Source of the DNA: Euglena gracilis
Lineage: Eukaryota
Assembly (NCBI GenBank): GCA_039621445.1
Contig: CP154954.1
Coordinates: 24,936,954-25,000,953, forward strand
Reading direction: 5' to 3'
Length of the DNA stretch: 64,000 nt
Under the pieces are notes generated by a model. That model did no database searches, was not told where the DNA came from, and was given only the letters and a program-made list of their open reading frames with translations. Positions 47,179-61,496 of this stretch are shown here, one piece after another. The position numbers and the translations under genes were made by a program. The stretch's first letter is position 1, and each line of letters starts with the position of its first letter.

Positions 47179-50100
47179 CCCACCTGCCTTTGCTTTGAAC
47201 CCTGCCTGGCACCCCCAAGAAAGTTCTTTTTGATGCAGTGTGCCAAACATTTTGAGCAATGTGGCAAATTTCTTTTTCAAAATGTGCCCGAAATTGCATT
47301 TTGGGTCAATATTGTGCAAAGTTTGGACCATGCCACTGTTTTGGTTGGGGGTGGCAGGGTTTGGCGTAAGGAGTAAGGCAAAATTCTTAAGGTTTTTATG
47401 GTGTTTTTAAAGGTTTTTTTGAAGGGGTTTTTAGACATTTCAAAAAATTTAAGTACTTTTATGGCGTCTATTTTCCAAGGGCGGCCAAAGAGCCATCCAG
47501 GCATTGAACCAATGTTGGTCCTTTTTGAGTTTTTGGGGGGATAGACAGTGTTTCAGCGGTGCAGAAATCCTTGATTGTTTTTGCCGAGATTTTTCAAGTT
47601 CTTTTTTTTGCTCAAAATTCGAACGTTTGTCGTGGACGAATTATTTTATGGTTTTTTAAATTTTTAAGGCCTTTTGGTCAAATTTTTTTGAGAGTTTTTG
47701 AGGGTTTTTGATGGCGCCTTAAAAATAATGCCTGCCTCCCACCTGCCAAGGGGAATCCTCGGAAGACACCCCCCAGGGGGGCAGAACGGGAATTGGCCAC
47801 CCCCCCCCCCACCAGGCCACCATACCGGGCAAGAGGCCCAGGTTCGGGTTTCCCATCGGCGCGAAGCGCTGGAAAGTTTTTGGTAAATGCCTTTGAACGG
47901 CCCGATTTTGGGAGGGGGATCCTGTCTTAAAAAGAAAAGAAAAGAGGTCTTAAAAACAAAGCCTGGTCCGGCTCGACCCGGGACCGGTTGGGGGTCACCA
48001 GGACTCTCCAAAGGGCAGAGCCTCCTCTGTGCTTGCTCATCCAGAAAATGTTTTGATAAAATTCACAACTTTTTTTGGGGATTTTCAGCTTGTTATTACC
48101 CAAAGTGAAACCCGTGGAGGCCTGGCGCTTCACACAAGTCCAAAAAATCGGTCATCTGATGTTTGGCTGAGGGGGGGGGGGTGTCCGGGAACCCCGATAG
48201 AACCAAATTTTTTTCTTCCCCAGCGCTTTGCGCTGGCAGACTTATGTTTTTATTATCTGTTTTGTCAATTTGGAGAAAAGGCCACCTGGAAAGGCAATTC
48301 TGGGCACTTGTTGAAGCCCCTCAAAATATTTTTTTCCAGCGCTTTGAGCTTTTTTTTTTCCACCCAGGGGGCAGGGGGGGTCGACCCCCCCCCCCCAGAT
48401 CCAGGACCACCCCCCTCCCCCTTCCCCTTACCCTGCAGGTGTCCCGGACCTGTCTTCTTTCCCCCAACCGGGCTTAATTTTAAGGCGTGGCCACCCGGGG
48501 GGGTTCCTGGCAGGGGTTTTTTTTTTAAGCTGGAGGGGACCCCACCCCCGGGTTCGCCGGGCTGGACCGAAAAAAATTTCGGCGCAAAGCGCCGAAAATT
48601 TTGGAAAGAACGGGGCCAAAAATGACCAAAAATGCCCCCAGGGGGGGGACAGCCAGCATCTTTTTTTCCAGTCGGCACCTTTTTCCAGCTGGCCCGAGGG
48701 ATTCCCCCCCTGGCGCCTTAAGAAAATCTCTGGTTTTTGGGCAGGCACTCCAAGGCACCAAGATCTGGCCCCCGGGGGAGGCCACATAGCAAAGTCGGCC
48801 CAGGCACTTCCGGTGCCGAAGGTGCTGGAAGCCCAGAAATGGCACGTATGTGTATTTAGGCATTTGAAGCATGCCACCTGTAATGACCAGAGGTGTTTCC
48901 TGCTGCAAAATCAACAGATTCTACAATTGGGGCCCAATTTTTCTGCAAATGAAATTTGTTGGCCAAAAAGTCCCAAAATAACAAAAAAAATCAAAATTTT
49001 TTTGATCTTTTAGCCAATGAATAAATAAATTGAATGTTTTTGAATGAGCACGTTCCAAAAATTCATCCAAAAATACATCAAATCATGATCAAAACGTTGA
49101 AAATTTGTATTTTTTTCTCGCAAAATTGGGTGCAAAATGCATGCAAATTTTTTTGTTGTTTTGTGCATTTTTTTCCACAAGAAAGGCATTTCAAAAAAAA
49201 CACCACATCGAAACATGCACATATGTTGCATAAACTTTAATGCTGCATGTCGAGAAAAAATCGCTGGAGTTTTTTTTTTGGAAGTCTTGCACATCCCAGC
49301 ATTTCCTGAAGGAATTCACATTGCGCGGCTTTGTGTTTATTTGCGAATTTGCATTTTACGCATTTTTTGTTTTTTTTGCGTCGCATTTTTCTTGTGTCCA
49401 CGTTGTCCCTCCCCCCTGCTCTGAGCGACATTCAAATCTTCCTGAAACTGTAGATGATATAGAGTGCTGGAAAATCAATACAAATCATTTGCTGTGAAAA
49501 AAAAAAAGGTTAAAAAAAATGCCCAAAAGGGCCCAACCCAGACAATTCTTCGCAGTCTGAAAGAGTCACTGAAAATCATTAATGACAATCAGGAATGAAT
49601 CAGAATGTCATTCCAAGGTGTTGCAGGAAAGCATTTCTCTCCATAAACTCCAAACTAATTTGAGTTGTACAATACAAGTGAAGCACTGTCTTCTGCTGCA
49701 TGTCTCTTTTGGCAATATTGAATGTTTTTCTGGGTTTGATGGGAGGACAGCAAGTGGCTTGGTTTTTTTTTGAATTCACGATTGAGGTGACCCATCGTTG
49801 CCTGCCAAGAGCAAAGACAGTCACTGTGTCTGGGGAGAGTCGTTGTGTCTAAATTTGATGGCAGTTGTGGAAGATCCCCTCCGGCCCTGAATTCTCATTT
49901 TGCACGTGACAAAAATGGTGATTCAGGGCTCAGTGCAGGGCAGCTTGGCCAAAGTAGTTGTTATGGGTAACAGCTTTTGGTGGTCTGCACCATGCTGTGG
50001 AGAAGCACGGCTGTACGGGAATCCCCAACCCTGTCAGTGGTGGGTGAGGGGATTGTCCCACCACCATCCTGCTGGGTAGAGGAGGGCACCCCCCCCCGCC

Positions 50101-53068
50101 AGACCTTCCCGTAACCCCCCCCGCAAAATAAGACCCGCGTCTTATTTTTTGGGTCCGTTGCTGGAAACCTCCAGGGGGGGGTCTTATTTGGGGGAGTCTC
50201 ATTATTGGATTTTTTCTTGACCGACCAGGGCCTGAAAAAACAACATTTTTCAGGTTCCCCAAAATATTAATTTTTTTCTTTTGGCGTTTCGCGCCATGTG
50301 CAAATTGGTGTAAGTTGATATTTAGCATGTTTTTTTGCACTTCAAAAAACTGAAAAATTTTGAATTTGCATCATTTTTGTGTGTGAAATTGGGGTTTTTG
50401 GTAATTTTTCAGGGAAAATTTTCACCGTCTTCGGCACTTCGCGCCGTCAGGGGGGTCTTATTTTTGGATTTTTGCTCGATCGGCCCAGGGGGGTCTTATT
50501 TTGGGGGGGTTATTTACTTTTGGCGTCGAAGGAATTTTTCCTCGTGGTGCGTGAGGGGGTCAATCCTCTCACCAGGCTTTTCTGCACAGCCCTGTGGACA
50601 AGTGCCCCCCCATTTGTATTTTTAAAATTGTTTGTCGTTCATCCTGGCTTTGGTTTGTTGGCAATTTTGGTTGTGTTTTCAGGCAGTGCCAGGGGGAAAG
50701 ATTTTTTTCGTGACCCCGGGGGGGTGTCCGGACTGAGTGAGTACTCCAGGGTTTTCTTCTGTTTTCAATGCTTGAAATTTTTTGACCCAAAAATGGACTT
50801 GGGGTGGGTGGGTCGGTCCAGACCATACCATTGCTGAACACCTGTCCCACCCCACCCCGGGGGGGGGGGTGACTGATTGGTTTTTTCAGAGTGATTGACT
50901 GGTTTTCTGGCCAAGACCCCCCTCCCCCGGGCCGGGGGTGGGGTAGGCGTGAAAATGAAAAGTGGCTGGCCTGGAGCCGAAGGCGCGGGAAAACTTTTGG
51001 ATTTTTTGAGACTTTTTGGCAAACGTTCATTGCGCATTCAAGAGTGGCCGATCCCTCCAGGGGGGGGGGCGAAAGTGACTGACTGGTTTTTTTGGAAAAA
51101 GTGGCTGAATGGTTTTTTCGGAGTGGAAAGTGACCCCCCCCCCCCTCAGGCATTTGCTTAAGGGATTGCAGTACCCCCCCCCCCCAGGGGGGCTGGACTG
51201 CAGATCCAAATTTGGCTAAAGGGATTTCTAGCAGACCCCCCCCCCGGGGGGTCTGCTAGCAGGGCTAGCTAGTGGAAAATTTTTTTCCAGTGACCGGCGC
51301 GAAGCGGCAAAATTTTTTTTTGGGGACCCCCAAAAATGGCCCCAAATGCCCGTTTTTGGCCATTTTTGGGAATTTTTGGAACAAAATCAGTCAAAAACCT
51401 ATTAAAAACCTCATTTTTCCTCTGGCGCACAGCGCTGGAGGAAAATTTTTTTTCCAGTGACCCCCGGACCCCCCCCCCCGGGGGGTTCTAGCTAGTCCAT
51501 TTTTTTCCAGTGTCTAGCCAATTGGCTAGCCAGCACCCACCCCCCCTCCCCCGGGTCCTTAAGCAAATGCCTGCCCCCCCTCCCCCCGGCGGTCGCTAAG
51601 CCATGGTATGGTCCGGACACCCCCCCCCCGGGTCCTAAAAAAACTTCTGCAGGAGAGGGGGATTTGCTTGGCCTGGTTTTGTGGGGGTGCAAGCCGCTGC
51701 AATGTTCCAAGGGTGTGACATTTTGATCCAGGGGGTGTGTCAGCAACACATTTCGAAAAATGCATCTAATTTTCATTCCAATTGGCGGAATGTGCAGCTG
51801 ACATGGACCTTGGACCAATGGGGGGGAGAAGCAATTCCCCCCATCCAAGGTGCATTATGTCGTTGACCCCCCCCCCTGTCTCGACGGCACATTCCCATGG
51901 CATTTTTTCTGAATTACTGTGATTTTGGCACCACTTCATTGTCGACACCCTTTGGTCAGGGGGGGATTTCATCCTAAACCCCCTTTTTTGTTGAGGTGTG
52001 TTGGCATATGCTGCCCTGGCGTTTGCCCGGAAGGGCTGAACTGCTTGCTGCGCGCCATTGTTGTTTGGGGATTGACCTGTCAGCTTCAACCAAGTGTTCG
52101 GACGAACTCCGGAAACTGCGCAGGTGGTCTGTGGATGACATGAAAGTACCTCAGAAAAAGTAAGGTTTTTCATTTATGTTTTTTTTGCAGGCTTTTGTTT
52201 TATTTGCTGGACGCAGAAAAAAGCTATAAAAAGGGACTAGCTAGATCCCTTCCCAGGGCCTGACTGCAAAAGAAAAACTTCCTTCGGTGCTGTGTGCCAA
52301 GGTGGAAATGAGGGTTTAAAAGCGAGCCCCCACCATTGCTCAGCGAGCCCGGGGGGGAGCAGGGGGGGGGTCACTTTTCACTCTGAAAAAACCAGTCAGT
52401 CACTTTTTCCCATAAAAGCCAGTCAGTCATTTTACCCCCCCCCCCCCGGAGGGGATCGGCCACTCTGGAATGATGAGGAGGCAATGAACATTTGCCAAAA
52501 AGTCTCAAAAAATCCAAAAAAAATTCCGGCGCCGGCTCAAAGCGCCGGCCGAAAATCAGTCGCCGCTGTTCCCCAAAATTGTTCAGGTGGGGTGGAGGTC
52601 CCCCCCGCCCCCCCCTTCTGGACTGGAGGGTTCCAGACCCCCCACCTGCCCTTATATCGAAGCCTGGTCCGGACCCCCCTTGACGTTTGGGGGGGAACCC
52701 CTTCCTTCCCAAAAACAACAGCAATAAAAATCCCTTTTCTTCATTTTTGAGCATATTCGACTTTGATGTTTTGGTGTTTTCCAATAAAATGAGTTGAAAA
52801 TATTCAAAAAATGAGCATTTTGGCTAATTTTCGACGAAAAATCAGGGATTTTCCAACAATTTTGGTCTGGTATTCAGGCTTTTGCCGGTCCATAAGTCCG
52901 AAAATTTTCCCGGCCCCCCTTCAGTTTCAAGGTAGGAGCCCCCCCCCCCAAGGCTTCCCATGCATCCCTGCACCCGGGGGTGTTAAAAGGAAGCCTGACC
53001 CCGGCCCCCGGGCGGGGGTCTAGCTGCTCCATTTTTTTTCGGTGTCTAGCAAAATTGGACCTCTGGGG

Positions 53069-53461
53069 CAGGGTTTGATATAAGGAGGGCGTACATGGTT
53101 TAGGTGAGGGGGTGTCCCCCCCACCACCCCCCCCCTCCTGGCCCGCAGGGGGGGTCCGGACGCCCCCCCCCCCCACCTGCCAGGGGGGTCCGGACCGACC
53201 CTGGGGGGGGGGGTTCCCGGGACCCCCCAAAAAGGGTCAATTTTTTCCTCCGGCGCTTTGCGCCGAATTTTTTTTTGCATTTTTTGCACATTTTTGCCCA
53301 AAAAGTGCCCAAAATGGCACTTTTGGTCGTTTTGGGGGGTCAAAAATTTTCGGCCCGGCGCTTTGCGCCGGGCTGAAATTCGGTCACCCAGACCGCGCCA
53401 CTGTTCAGGTGGGGGGGGTCCGGACCACCCCCCCCCCCACCTGTCCTTATATCGAACCCTG
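53069..53461. mobile_element. CAGGGTTTGATATAAGG MITE
   Basis: Exact TSD ctctgggg; related ends at ~38530-38547, ~52650-52666, ~57005-57020. Confidence 0.88.
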
Positions 53462-54266
53462 CTCTGGGGTCTTTCAGCAACAGCCTGTTTACAAGACCCC
53501 TGACCAGGAGTGTGGGTTTAAGAAATTTAAAGTGCCGACCATTTTCAAAAAAAAAAAGAAATGGCCCAGGAATATGAGCAGGGGGAGGAAAATGCAGATT
53601 TGTAGAATTTGCATCTTGTTGCAAAATGTTGTAATCGGCATTCTTTTGGAGAATAAAATATTATTTTTTGTATTTTTTTGCAAAGTTCGAATGACTTGGG
53701 CTATTCATCCAAAGTTCAGGGCTGGGAGGTTATAGCTCGGAAAAAGTTTTTTGGGTATTTGAGGGCAAAAAATCGCATTGTATTTGTCTTTAACAGATTG
53801 GATAAAATGTCGAAACTTTTCTTCCGGCACTGAAAATACCCCCCCCCCCTCATTTTCAAGTGTGTTGCCAATTTTATGATGTTTGGGTATTTTCCACAAA
53901 AACAAACACAAATACACAAATTCACTTTTTTTTCAGTGCCCAACTCTGGAAAGCCAAAAACTTTGTCCATGAAGGTCAGAAACTTGTCCAAGAATCCTTT
54001 CTTTTGGAGTTGTTATGGCCAGGGAGGGGTTGTATTCTGATTTCCCAGTTTGTCAAAAAGTTTAAGTCTGCACCTTTTGGCGCGTCATTTTGATTTATTT
54101 TTATTCATATTTGTTTTGTTTTGTTTTGTATTTATGTATATTTTGAAAAAGTATGCAAGAAACTCTTTTGCATCTTTTTTAAAGAGGGAAACAAACAAAA
54201 CCCAGAGTTTAAGAAAGCGTCAATAATGATGAAAAAGGAGGCTGTTATTTCATGTCCTGTCCAACC

Positions 54267-54551
54267 CAGGCTGTGCCGACCCCACCCCGGGGGGGGGGGT
54301 GCCTGCCTGGGCAGGCACTCCAAGGCACTCCTGATCCGACCCCCCCCGGGGGGGGGGGGCACACGGCCAAAAGTGCCCCAGCACAGACCCCGGCGCCTTT
54401 GGCGCCGGGGAGCCAAAAAAATGGCCTATTTTCAAAGGAATATGCCTGGGCACAGGCCGAAATCCGACCCCGGGGGGGGGGTAGTGCCTGCCTGGGCAGG
54501 CACCCCAAGGCACTCCGGACTCCCCCCCGGGGTTGGTAAAAAAACAGCCTG
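54267..54551. mobile_element. CAGGCTGT...ACAGCCTG MITE
   Basis: TSD gtccaacc / gtccgacc (7/8). Confidence 0.8.
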
Positions 54552-57500
54552 GTCCGACCTGGTGGGGGCATTTCTCAAAGGGCCCCCTTTGTAGGGTCGA
54601 TATTAGAAGGATGTGCGGGGTGGAAGAAGGGCATCCCCCCACCTGCCTTTGCATCGAACCCTGAGGCACCACATAGGGGGTGCACTCAAATAAAGGCCAG
54701 CTCAGCCCGGCTTGGTCGAGACAACAGGCTTGGTGAAGTGTTGTCTTTTCCTTCGGACATTCCACGCCGAATTTCTTGCAGCAATTTTTCCCAGTGTCTT
54801 TTTGCCCCAAAGGTGCCCCCAATTGCATTTTGGAAAAGTTGAACCCCGAAGTCCACAAAGTTGCAGGATTCCATTCAGGGCAGATGGAAGTGGTCCGGCC
54901 TGGACGCCCAGCCCTCCCCCAACACGCAGGAACCATTTTTGAAGGCGAAACTCTTCAAGGTTTTCTAAGAATTTTTCAGGCACATAATTTTAAGGCGTAA
55001 TTTTCCAAGTTTGTCTCCTTTATGTTCTTTGTCAATGCTGGAGTTTTGTTGGAGTTTGGGATAACGGGAGCGCAGAGACGAGTTTTTTTTTGGCTTTGAG
55101 ACCAGGCCTCTGTTTAAGGGCTCGAAGGGGTCTAGCTTGTGGGTGGTCTGTTAGGCTTCGAAGCCTGATTGGGACAAATAATTTGGGCTTATGTTGTCTT
55201 GGTTTTGGGTGTTTTGGGTGGGTGTGGTCAATATATGTGAACTGGATTCACCATTTCCGAGGACAGTTGGTGTCATGGTGATTGGAGCTGTCACTGCTCG
55301 TGAAATACTGTTTGTTGAGGCCAGGCTTCCTCTTTGCAACAAAATAACAAAAAAAGCACCTGGGTTCCCTTGTGAAACGTTCAAGAAATGCCGGAACTCA
55401 TTTTCATCTTCCATCTCAGATTCATGCGGAAAAATTGCGGAATTGCGGGAAATTGCAGGAAAATTGCAGATTTCAATTTCTCCACTGACTTTATTTGTGA
55501 AGCCAATGAAATGCTTTCTGTTTTGGACTTTTGGAATGCACTTGCAAATCAAAACAAATCAAATTTGCCAAAATTTGCCAAAATTCACAAATTTTGAACA
55601 ATATTGGCAATTTCTGTGCCCTTTTTAGGATTTTCCCTAATTTTTGCTGGGAAATAATTTCGATTTAAAATTTTTTGCATCCTGGACCAGATTTTACCTC
55701 AGACCAAAGATTTCGGCAATTTTTTTGCCAATTTTGGATTTTTCACCCAAGAAATTTTGCATTTCCAGATCCATGCATGATCCCATAATTGCCCAAATCA
55801 TGTTTTTGGACCTTTTTGTTGGATTGTGAATTAATTCCCAAATCAGCAATTTCTGCATTTTTCCCTCAGTTCTTCCACAGTTTTTCCTCCGGTGTCGATA
55901 CCCCCCCTTGATAAATCCCTCTCCCCACATATCCCCCACCTGGGGCAGACCAACCAAAGGACCCCTGGCCTAACCAGGGGCCGTCCAGGGGTCCCTGGGG
56001 CCCCCACCAGGGTGCGGGGGTACAATGAGGATTTTTGGGCAAAATCCCGGGGGAGGGGTGTTATATGGGGGGGGCTACCTCCCCCTTAGTTGCACGAAGG
56101 CTTCTTGCCTGTTTATGGCCGGTCGCTTAAAATCGCTTCTGGCCCAGTTTGCTGTGCGGTGAGCAGCCAGCACCACCTACACAACCTTCCCCCATCTCCC
56201 CCCTCAATTGTCCAAGACAGGCCACTGTTCATTGAATGTGCCGTTTAACAGAGCACATTCCCCATTTGGGGAGGGGGGGGTGGATTTTGGGTCCCAGAAA
56301 ATTTGAATTCCTCGTTTTTTGGTCACTTGAGCCTCCAGGGAGCCTCCCCTGATCTCCCAGATTCCCGCCCCTCCCCCCCTGGCACAATGAAACAACTGAC
56401 AACAAGACGCTTTTGTCCTGCTGTAAACGGCAAAAAATGTCTTTGAACCACGCATTACATTGCATGGCGGACTTTGAAAACGACTCCGAACCACGGTATA
56501 AATAATTGCCCAATTCAATTGCCCAATTCAACACTGCACTTCGCTTCCTCGTAGAAATGATCTGCCACAAAATTGGTTATTGAGCTTATGTTAACCCCCG
56601 CCCAAATAATATCCCCCCCCCCCCCGGGGGTATTATTTTTTTTGCCCGAAGTCCCTGCCCCAGGGGGGGAATGATATTTGGGGGGGGAGGGTTTAGTTAG
56701 GGAGCCCCCCAGAGGCCTGCCTTTGCACCTCCTTAGCATGATTCTGATTTTGCGTCGAGCTGGTTTTTTCTTCAGATGGAGGGGGGATCAGGCTTCGTTG
56801 TCTTCGGGGTGTTGGAAGGTGGGGGGGGGGTCAGAACCCCCTTCGATCGGTCCGGGGGGGGGGGGGGCACCCCCACCTAAACAGTGGCGCGGTCTGGGCG
56901 ACCAATTTTCGGCCTGGCCAACACATTTTGACCCACCAAAAATGCCATTTTGGTCACTTTTTGGCCCCCCTCCTGGACCGGAGGGTTCCTGACCCCCCAC
57001 CTGCCCTTATATCGAAGCCTGGTCCGATATAATGATAATCCCTTGATGTTGGAAAAATTGAAAAATTTTGTCAAAAATCACAAGAACAAAGCGACGGAAG
57101 GAAAAACTTGATCTTTTGGGGGATCCCAGGAATCCTTTAAAAGTGGGTCTGGAGCCCGGACCCCCCGGAGGGTTACAACCCCCCCACCTAAACCCCATAC
57201 ACCCTCCTTTTATTGAACCCAGGTGGTTTTGGGGACCCAATTTCGGGGTCAATTATGGGGTCAAAAAAACTGGGTGTGGGGAAGCACAGGCCCTTTGGGT
57301 TGGATGCTGTCCCCCATTACAGGGAGCAAACCTGACCCTCATGCCATTCTGACCAGATGGCGGTGAACATCTTGTGATTTGCTTTCCTAACAACGTTGTC
57401 AATTGTTCACCGTTGCTGAACTCTTTGCGCATTTTCATGCTGAAAAACTATAAAAAAGACCTCTTGAATCGGTTGGGGCAGGATTTTTTATTAACTATGC

Positions 57501-58397
57501 GTGCATAACCAATTTTTTTTGTGTAATTTTGTGTGTAACTACAAGTGGATCATGTGCTAGCATTTATGAACTGGGTGTGATGGGGCGTGACGGGCAAGTT
57601 TTGCCATTTTTTGCCATTTTTGGTCATTTTTATGGTTTTCTCGTAACTCCGTCTGGCCCGAGAAACGGCCATTTTTCGGCCATTTTGGGCCTTTTTGGAC
57701 CTAAAAATTGCGAAATACCCATTTCTCTTCGGGAATGAAGCAGAAATTAAGCAAAAATTCCAAGACCTAAAGCTCTTGAAATAGCCCCAGATATGCCCAA
57801 ACCCAAGTTGAAGGAGAAAGCGCACGAAAGGGCGGAGGCACGCAGACTCGAACCAGGATTGTCTGCATCAAACGCTAACGATGTGGGGGCAATTTTCTAG
57901 CTTGGCGCCAATTTTGCAACACCTCGTGGGGGGTTTGGTTTAATTTTTTTGGGATTTGGGGAACACAAAAAAAGTTCTTTTTTTGGGCGGGGGTTTTTGG
58001 GAGGGCATTTTTATTTTGGGTGGAGGGGGTCCCAGAAAATTTGGAATCCTCACTTTTGGTTACCCGGAGCCTCCACAGAGCCACCCTGGAGGCTGGTTAC
58101 CTGAGCCTCCCTGGAGACGCCTCGGGCTCCGCACTTTGCCCTTGTGAGGCCATGCCTTGTTCGCCGGCGGTGTTGTGTGGTTGTTTGGCGTTGGGTTAGG
58201 ACTCCCTGCTTAGTGCCTTTTTCGCCGGAGTTGGCTGATTCCTAAATTGCCCTTCGACACCCAGAAGAAAGGAGAACACCTCAACTCAAGACTACGAAGC
58301 CACAAAAGAAAGTTCAAGTCAAATTCAAATTCCAGAACGAGAAGAACCAACTGAATATCAAACTTCAAAAAAATTCAAGAACTGACTTCAATGAAAG

Positions 58398-59450
58398 ATG
58401 AATTGGAGAAGAAATTGGAATTACGACGATAAGCAGCAGTGGCCGCAGCAGCTGGAGAACCTGGAGATGCGGGCAAGCCGTGGCAAGCTGTGGTCACCCC
58501 TTCCCCACCCCTCTCAGAAATTTCAAAACAGCCAAACCCCCCCAGTGACCACAGCTATTGGCAGACAGTGGTCAGGAAGTCCAGAAAGGGGAAAGGACCA
58601 ATGGCCCCAGGCCCTCCAAGGCCCAGGGCCCAGTCCAGACAGGACTTCCAGGGCCAAGTACCCTTACATTTCAAAATACCAGCCAGAAATTCAGGCCAGA
58701 GGGCCAGAGCCCACATGGGCAGATGGAACCAAGGCCAAGGGGGAGAGCATCACAGAGGCCATGGCGGCCAGTATTTCAAGTCAACCCCCACTGAGAGGTC
58801 ATCCAAAAGGTCTGCCAAAAATTTCTTTTCAAAAAGTCTTTTCCACATTCCCCACAAAGGGGCAGGGTCAATGCCCCCCAAGATTTCAATTGGGTATGGA
58901 AGCCCAGGACAGAGAAAGATGCCCAAGACCCACGGGGGGTCAAGACCATTCAACAAGGGCAGGGGACCCTTTCAAAGCAGGGCCATGGCGGCCAATATCT
59001 GCTGGGCCACGACGGCATTCCCCAGGCCATGGAGGCCACACACCAGGGCCATGGCGGCCATTTATTTTCAAGCCCGCTGGGCTCATTATGCACAGGCCAC
59101 TGGGGCCAGAAGCTAAGGGGCAGCCCCACAAGGGCTCTTTATATAAATCAGCAGCCCCAGGAGGAAGAGGGAACCCCAGTTTCCCTCAAGGAGGATCAGG
59201 TGGAAGGGGGAGAACCCCTAAAAGCATTTACGCTTCTTCATTCCAAAGTGAATTTGTCAAGGGGGGGACCCTCAGAGGCCCCCCTATGGTATGGCAACCA
59301 ACCACATCAACAGCAAGGAGGCGAGTTAGGCAACATAGGGGCAGTAAGCCCTATGGTATGGAAACTAACAACAAGATCCCCCAGAGAGAGTGTGAGGAGA
59401 GAGGGAGAGCATGCACGCACATCCCCCCAGAATCATTTAACTTTGCAAGA
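58398..59450 (+). pseudogene. DIRS ORF1 (gag-like, Pro/Gly/Arg-rich)
   Basis: Position upstream of RT and low-complexity basic composition; no motif confidently recognised. Confidence 0.45.
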
Positions 59451-61496
59451 TGCTCAATCCCTGGGGGCTCCAAGGGCTGTCCCATGTCCAACAACCCCAA
59501 CCCAGCCCCCCAAAAATTCATTGCTGGAAATGATAAATGCAAACGAGAAACAATGGGGAGACACCCCCCTGCATCAAAGACTCCAAAAGAGCATAAAATG
59601 GTGGCAGAAAAATGCACCCCCAGCAACCTGTCAGCTCATCAAGGATGGCATTCAACCCCCCTGGGTAAACCCCCCCAAATTGTCCACCCACCCAAAGACC
59701 AGAGCCAACCTGGATTTGAATCAGGCAGAGAAAATTCTTCTGGACTACGAAAAAACTGGTTCAGTAAAAAGAGTGGGGAATTCCAAAACCCAGCATTTAA
59801 TCCCCTGGTTTTTGATATCAAAACCAGAAGGGGGGGCAGTAAAATGGAGAATGATCAGCGACTGCAGGGAAATAAATCAACATTTCCAAGTAAAACCCTT
59901 CAGACTGGATCATATCCAGAACATTTTTCCAGTTTTGCAAAAAGGCCACTGGGCAGCCAAAATAGATTTAAAGGATGCGTATTTCCACATCCCAGTAAAC
60001 CCAGCCCTCAGGCCCTTTTTAAGACACCAGGTGGGGGGACAGACCTGGGAATTCCAGGCAGGCTGTTTTGGCCTAAACGTAATGCCCCAGATTTTCATGG
60101 GGGTTATGAAAACATTCGAAAACTTTGGAGAAAACGGGGCATCCAGGTGTTTATATACCTGGACGACATTTTACTTGTTGCTCCCACCCAAAACATTTTG
60201 CAAAGTCATCTGAACACAGTGACAAAAGATTTATTGAACTCAGGGTTCAAAATAAATGTCAAAAAATCAACCCTGCAACCCACCCAAATTGTAAATCACT
60301 TGGGCTTTCAACTAAACTTTCAAGAAGGAAAATTGCAAGTGCCCCCCCAAAAAGTCAAGACAATAAAGAAGGAACTGGGAAAAATCGTGAAAAAGGATTA
60401 CATGTCAAAAAGGCAACTAGCTGCCATTTTGGGACAAATAAGGTGCAAACTCATGGCCCTGCCCTTTTTAAGGGCTTTTAAAGATTCTCTGGCCAATTTT
60501 CTTGTTACAAATTCTGCAGCCCCCTGGGACTCAAAGCACCTCATTTCTCAAGACATCAAAACCCAATTACGGGAAATAAAAATTCTGCTGGACACCTGGG
60601 GGGGCAGACCCTTCCCCCAAGGTGCAACCAGAGAGTTGCACTCAGACAGCAGCACCCATGCGTGGGGGGGGCTGGACATCCACACTGGAAGTACTGTCCA
60701 GGAATTTTGGAGAGAAAACTCCATTTTACATATAAATGTCAAAGAATTGCACGCAGCAATCAACACAGTGAAAAGTTTAAGCAAACCAGGGGAAACCGTG
60801 TCCCTGTCAGTGGACAATCAGGTAATTTTCTATTACCTGACAAAAGGTGGGGGGAGAAAAGACCCCTTCAACAAAATGCTTCGACCCTTTTTCAAATGGT
60901 GCATGGAGCACAACATAAACCTTCAAGTAAATTGGGTTCCTTCAGACAAATGCCTAGCAGACCCCATCAGCAGATGGGAAATGGACAGGGGGGATTCCTC
61001 CCTAGACCCACAACTTTTTCAATGGCTAAGGCAGTATTTCCAAAATTTCATTCAGTTGGAAACAGATTTATTTGCCTCCCCAGGCAACAAAAAACTGCCC
61101 AAATTTGTGGCCAGGTGGCCCCATTGGGAGGCCACAGCAGTGGATGCATTACAATGCCCACTGGACAACATGGGGGGACTTTATGCCAACCCCCCTTGGT
61201 CAATAATTCAAAAATTTCTCCCCAGACTGAAAGCATTTCCCCACACCAAAGTTTTGATGGTCACCCCCTTTTGGGATTCAGCCACATGGTGGCCCCAATT
61301 AATAAAGATGAAGGTTCCAGGGACCCCCTGCCTGAAAATCACCCCCTACAGGGGCATGTTCAAAAACTGCAGGGGGGAGAAAATGCCACCCCCCAGATGG
61401 CCCCTTCTTTGCATGATTTGCTCAGGCAAATCCTGGAGGGGAAACAAATACAAAATCAGACCATTGAATATTTCCTGGGAAGAAACCCCGGTCTAA
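59450..61496 (+). pseudogene. DIRS pol: reverse transcriptase, RNase H, N6-adenine DNA methyltransferase-like; 1-nt frameshift at ~60120
   Basis: WRMISDCREIN, IDLKDAYFHIP, CFGL, YLDD (60156), SDSSTHAWGG / HINVKEL / VDNQ / ADPISR, DLFAS and YANPPW (~61182-61199). Confidence 0.92.

Larger units (their letters stand above)
49770..55420 (-). pseudogene. Possible highly decayed hAT transposase scattered among MITEs
   Basis: Minus-strand fragments in the expected order: MESCNFVDF..KLLQEI (~54870-54770), GPCQLH (~51810), DHQKLLPITTTLAKL (~49985-49940), NSGPEGIF..RLSPDTV (~49895-49820). Confidence 0.35.

Noticed and set aside
58398-61496. 1032-aa ORF taken as one real protein
   Set aside because: Chimera: the RT N-half is in the 59029 frame and joins this frame only at the ~60120 frameshift.
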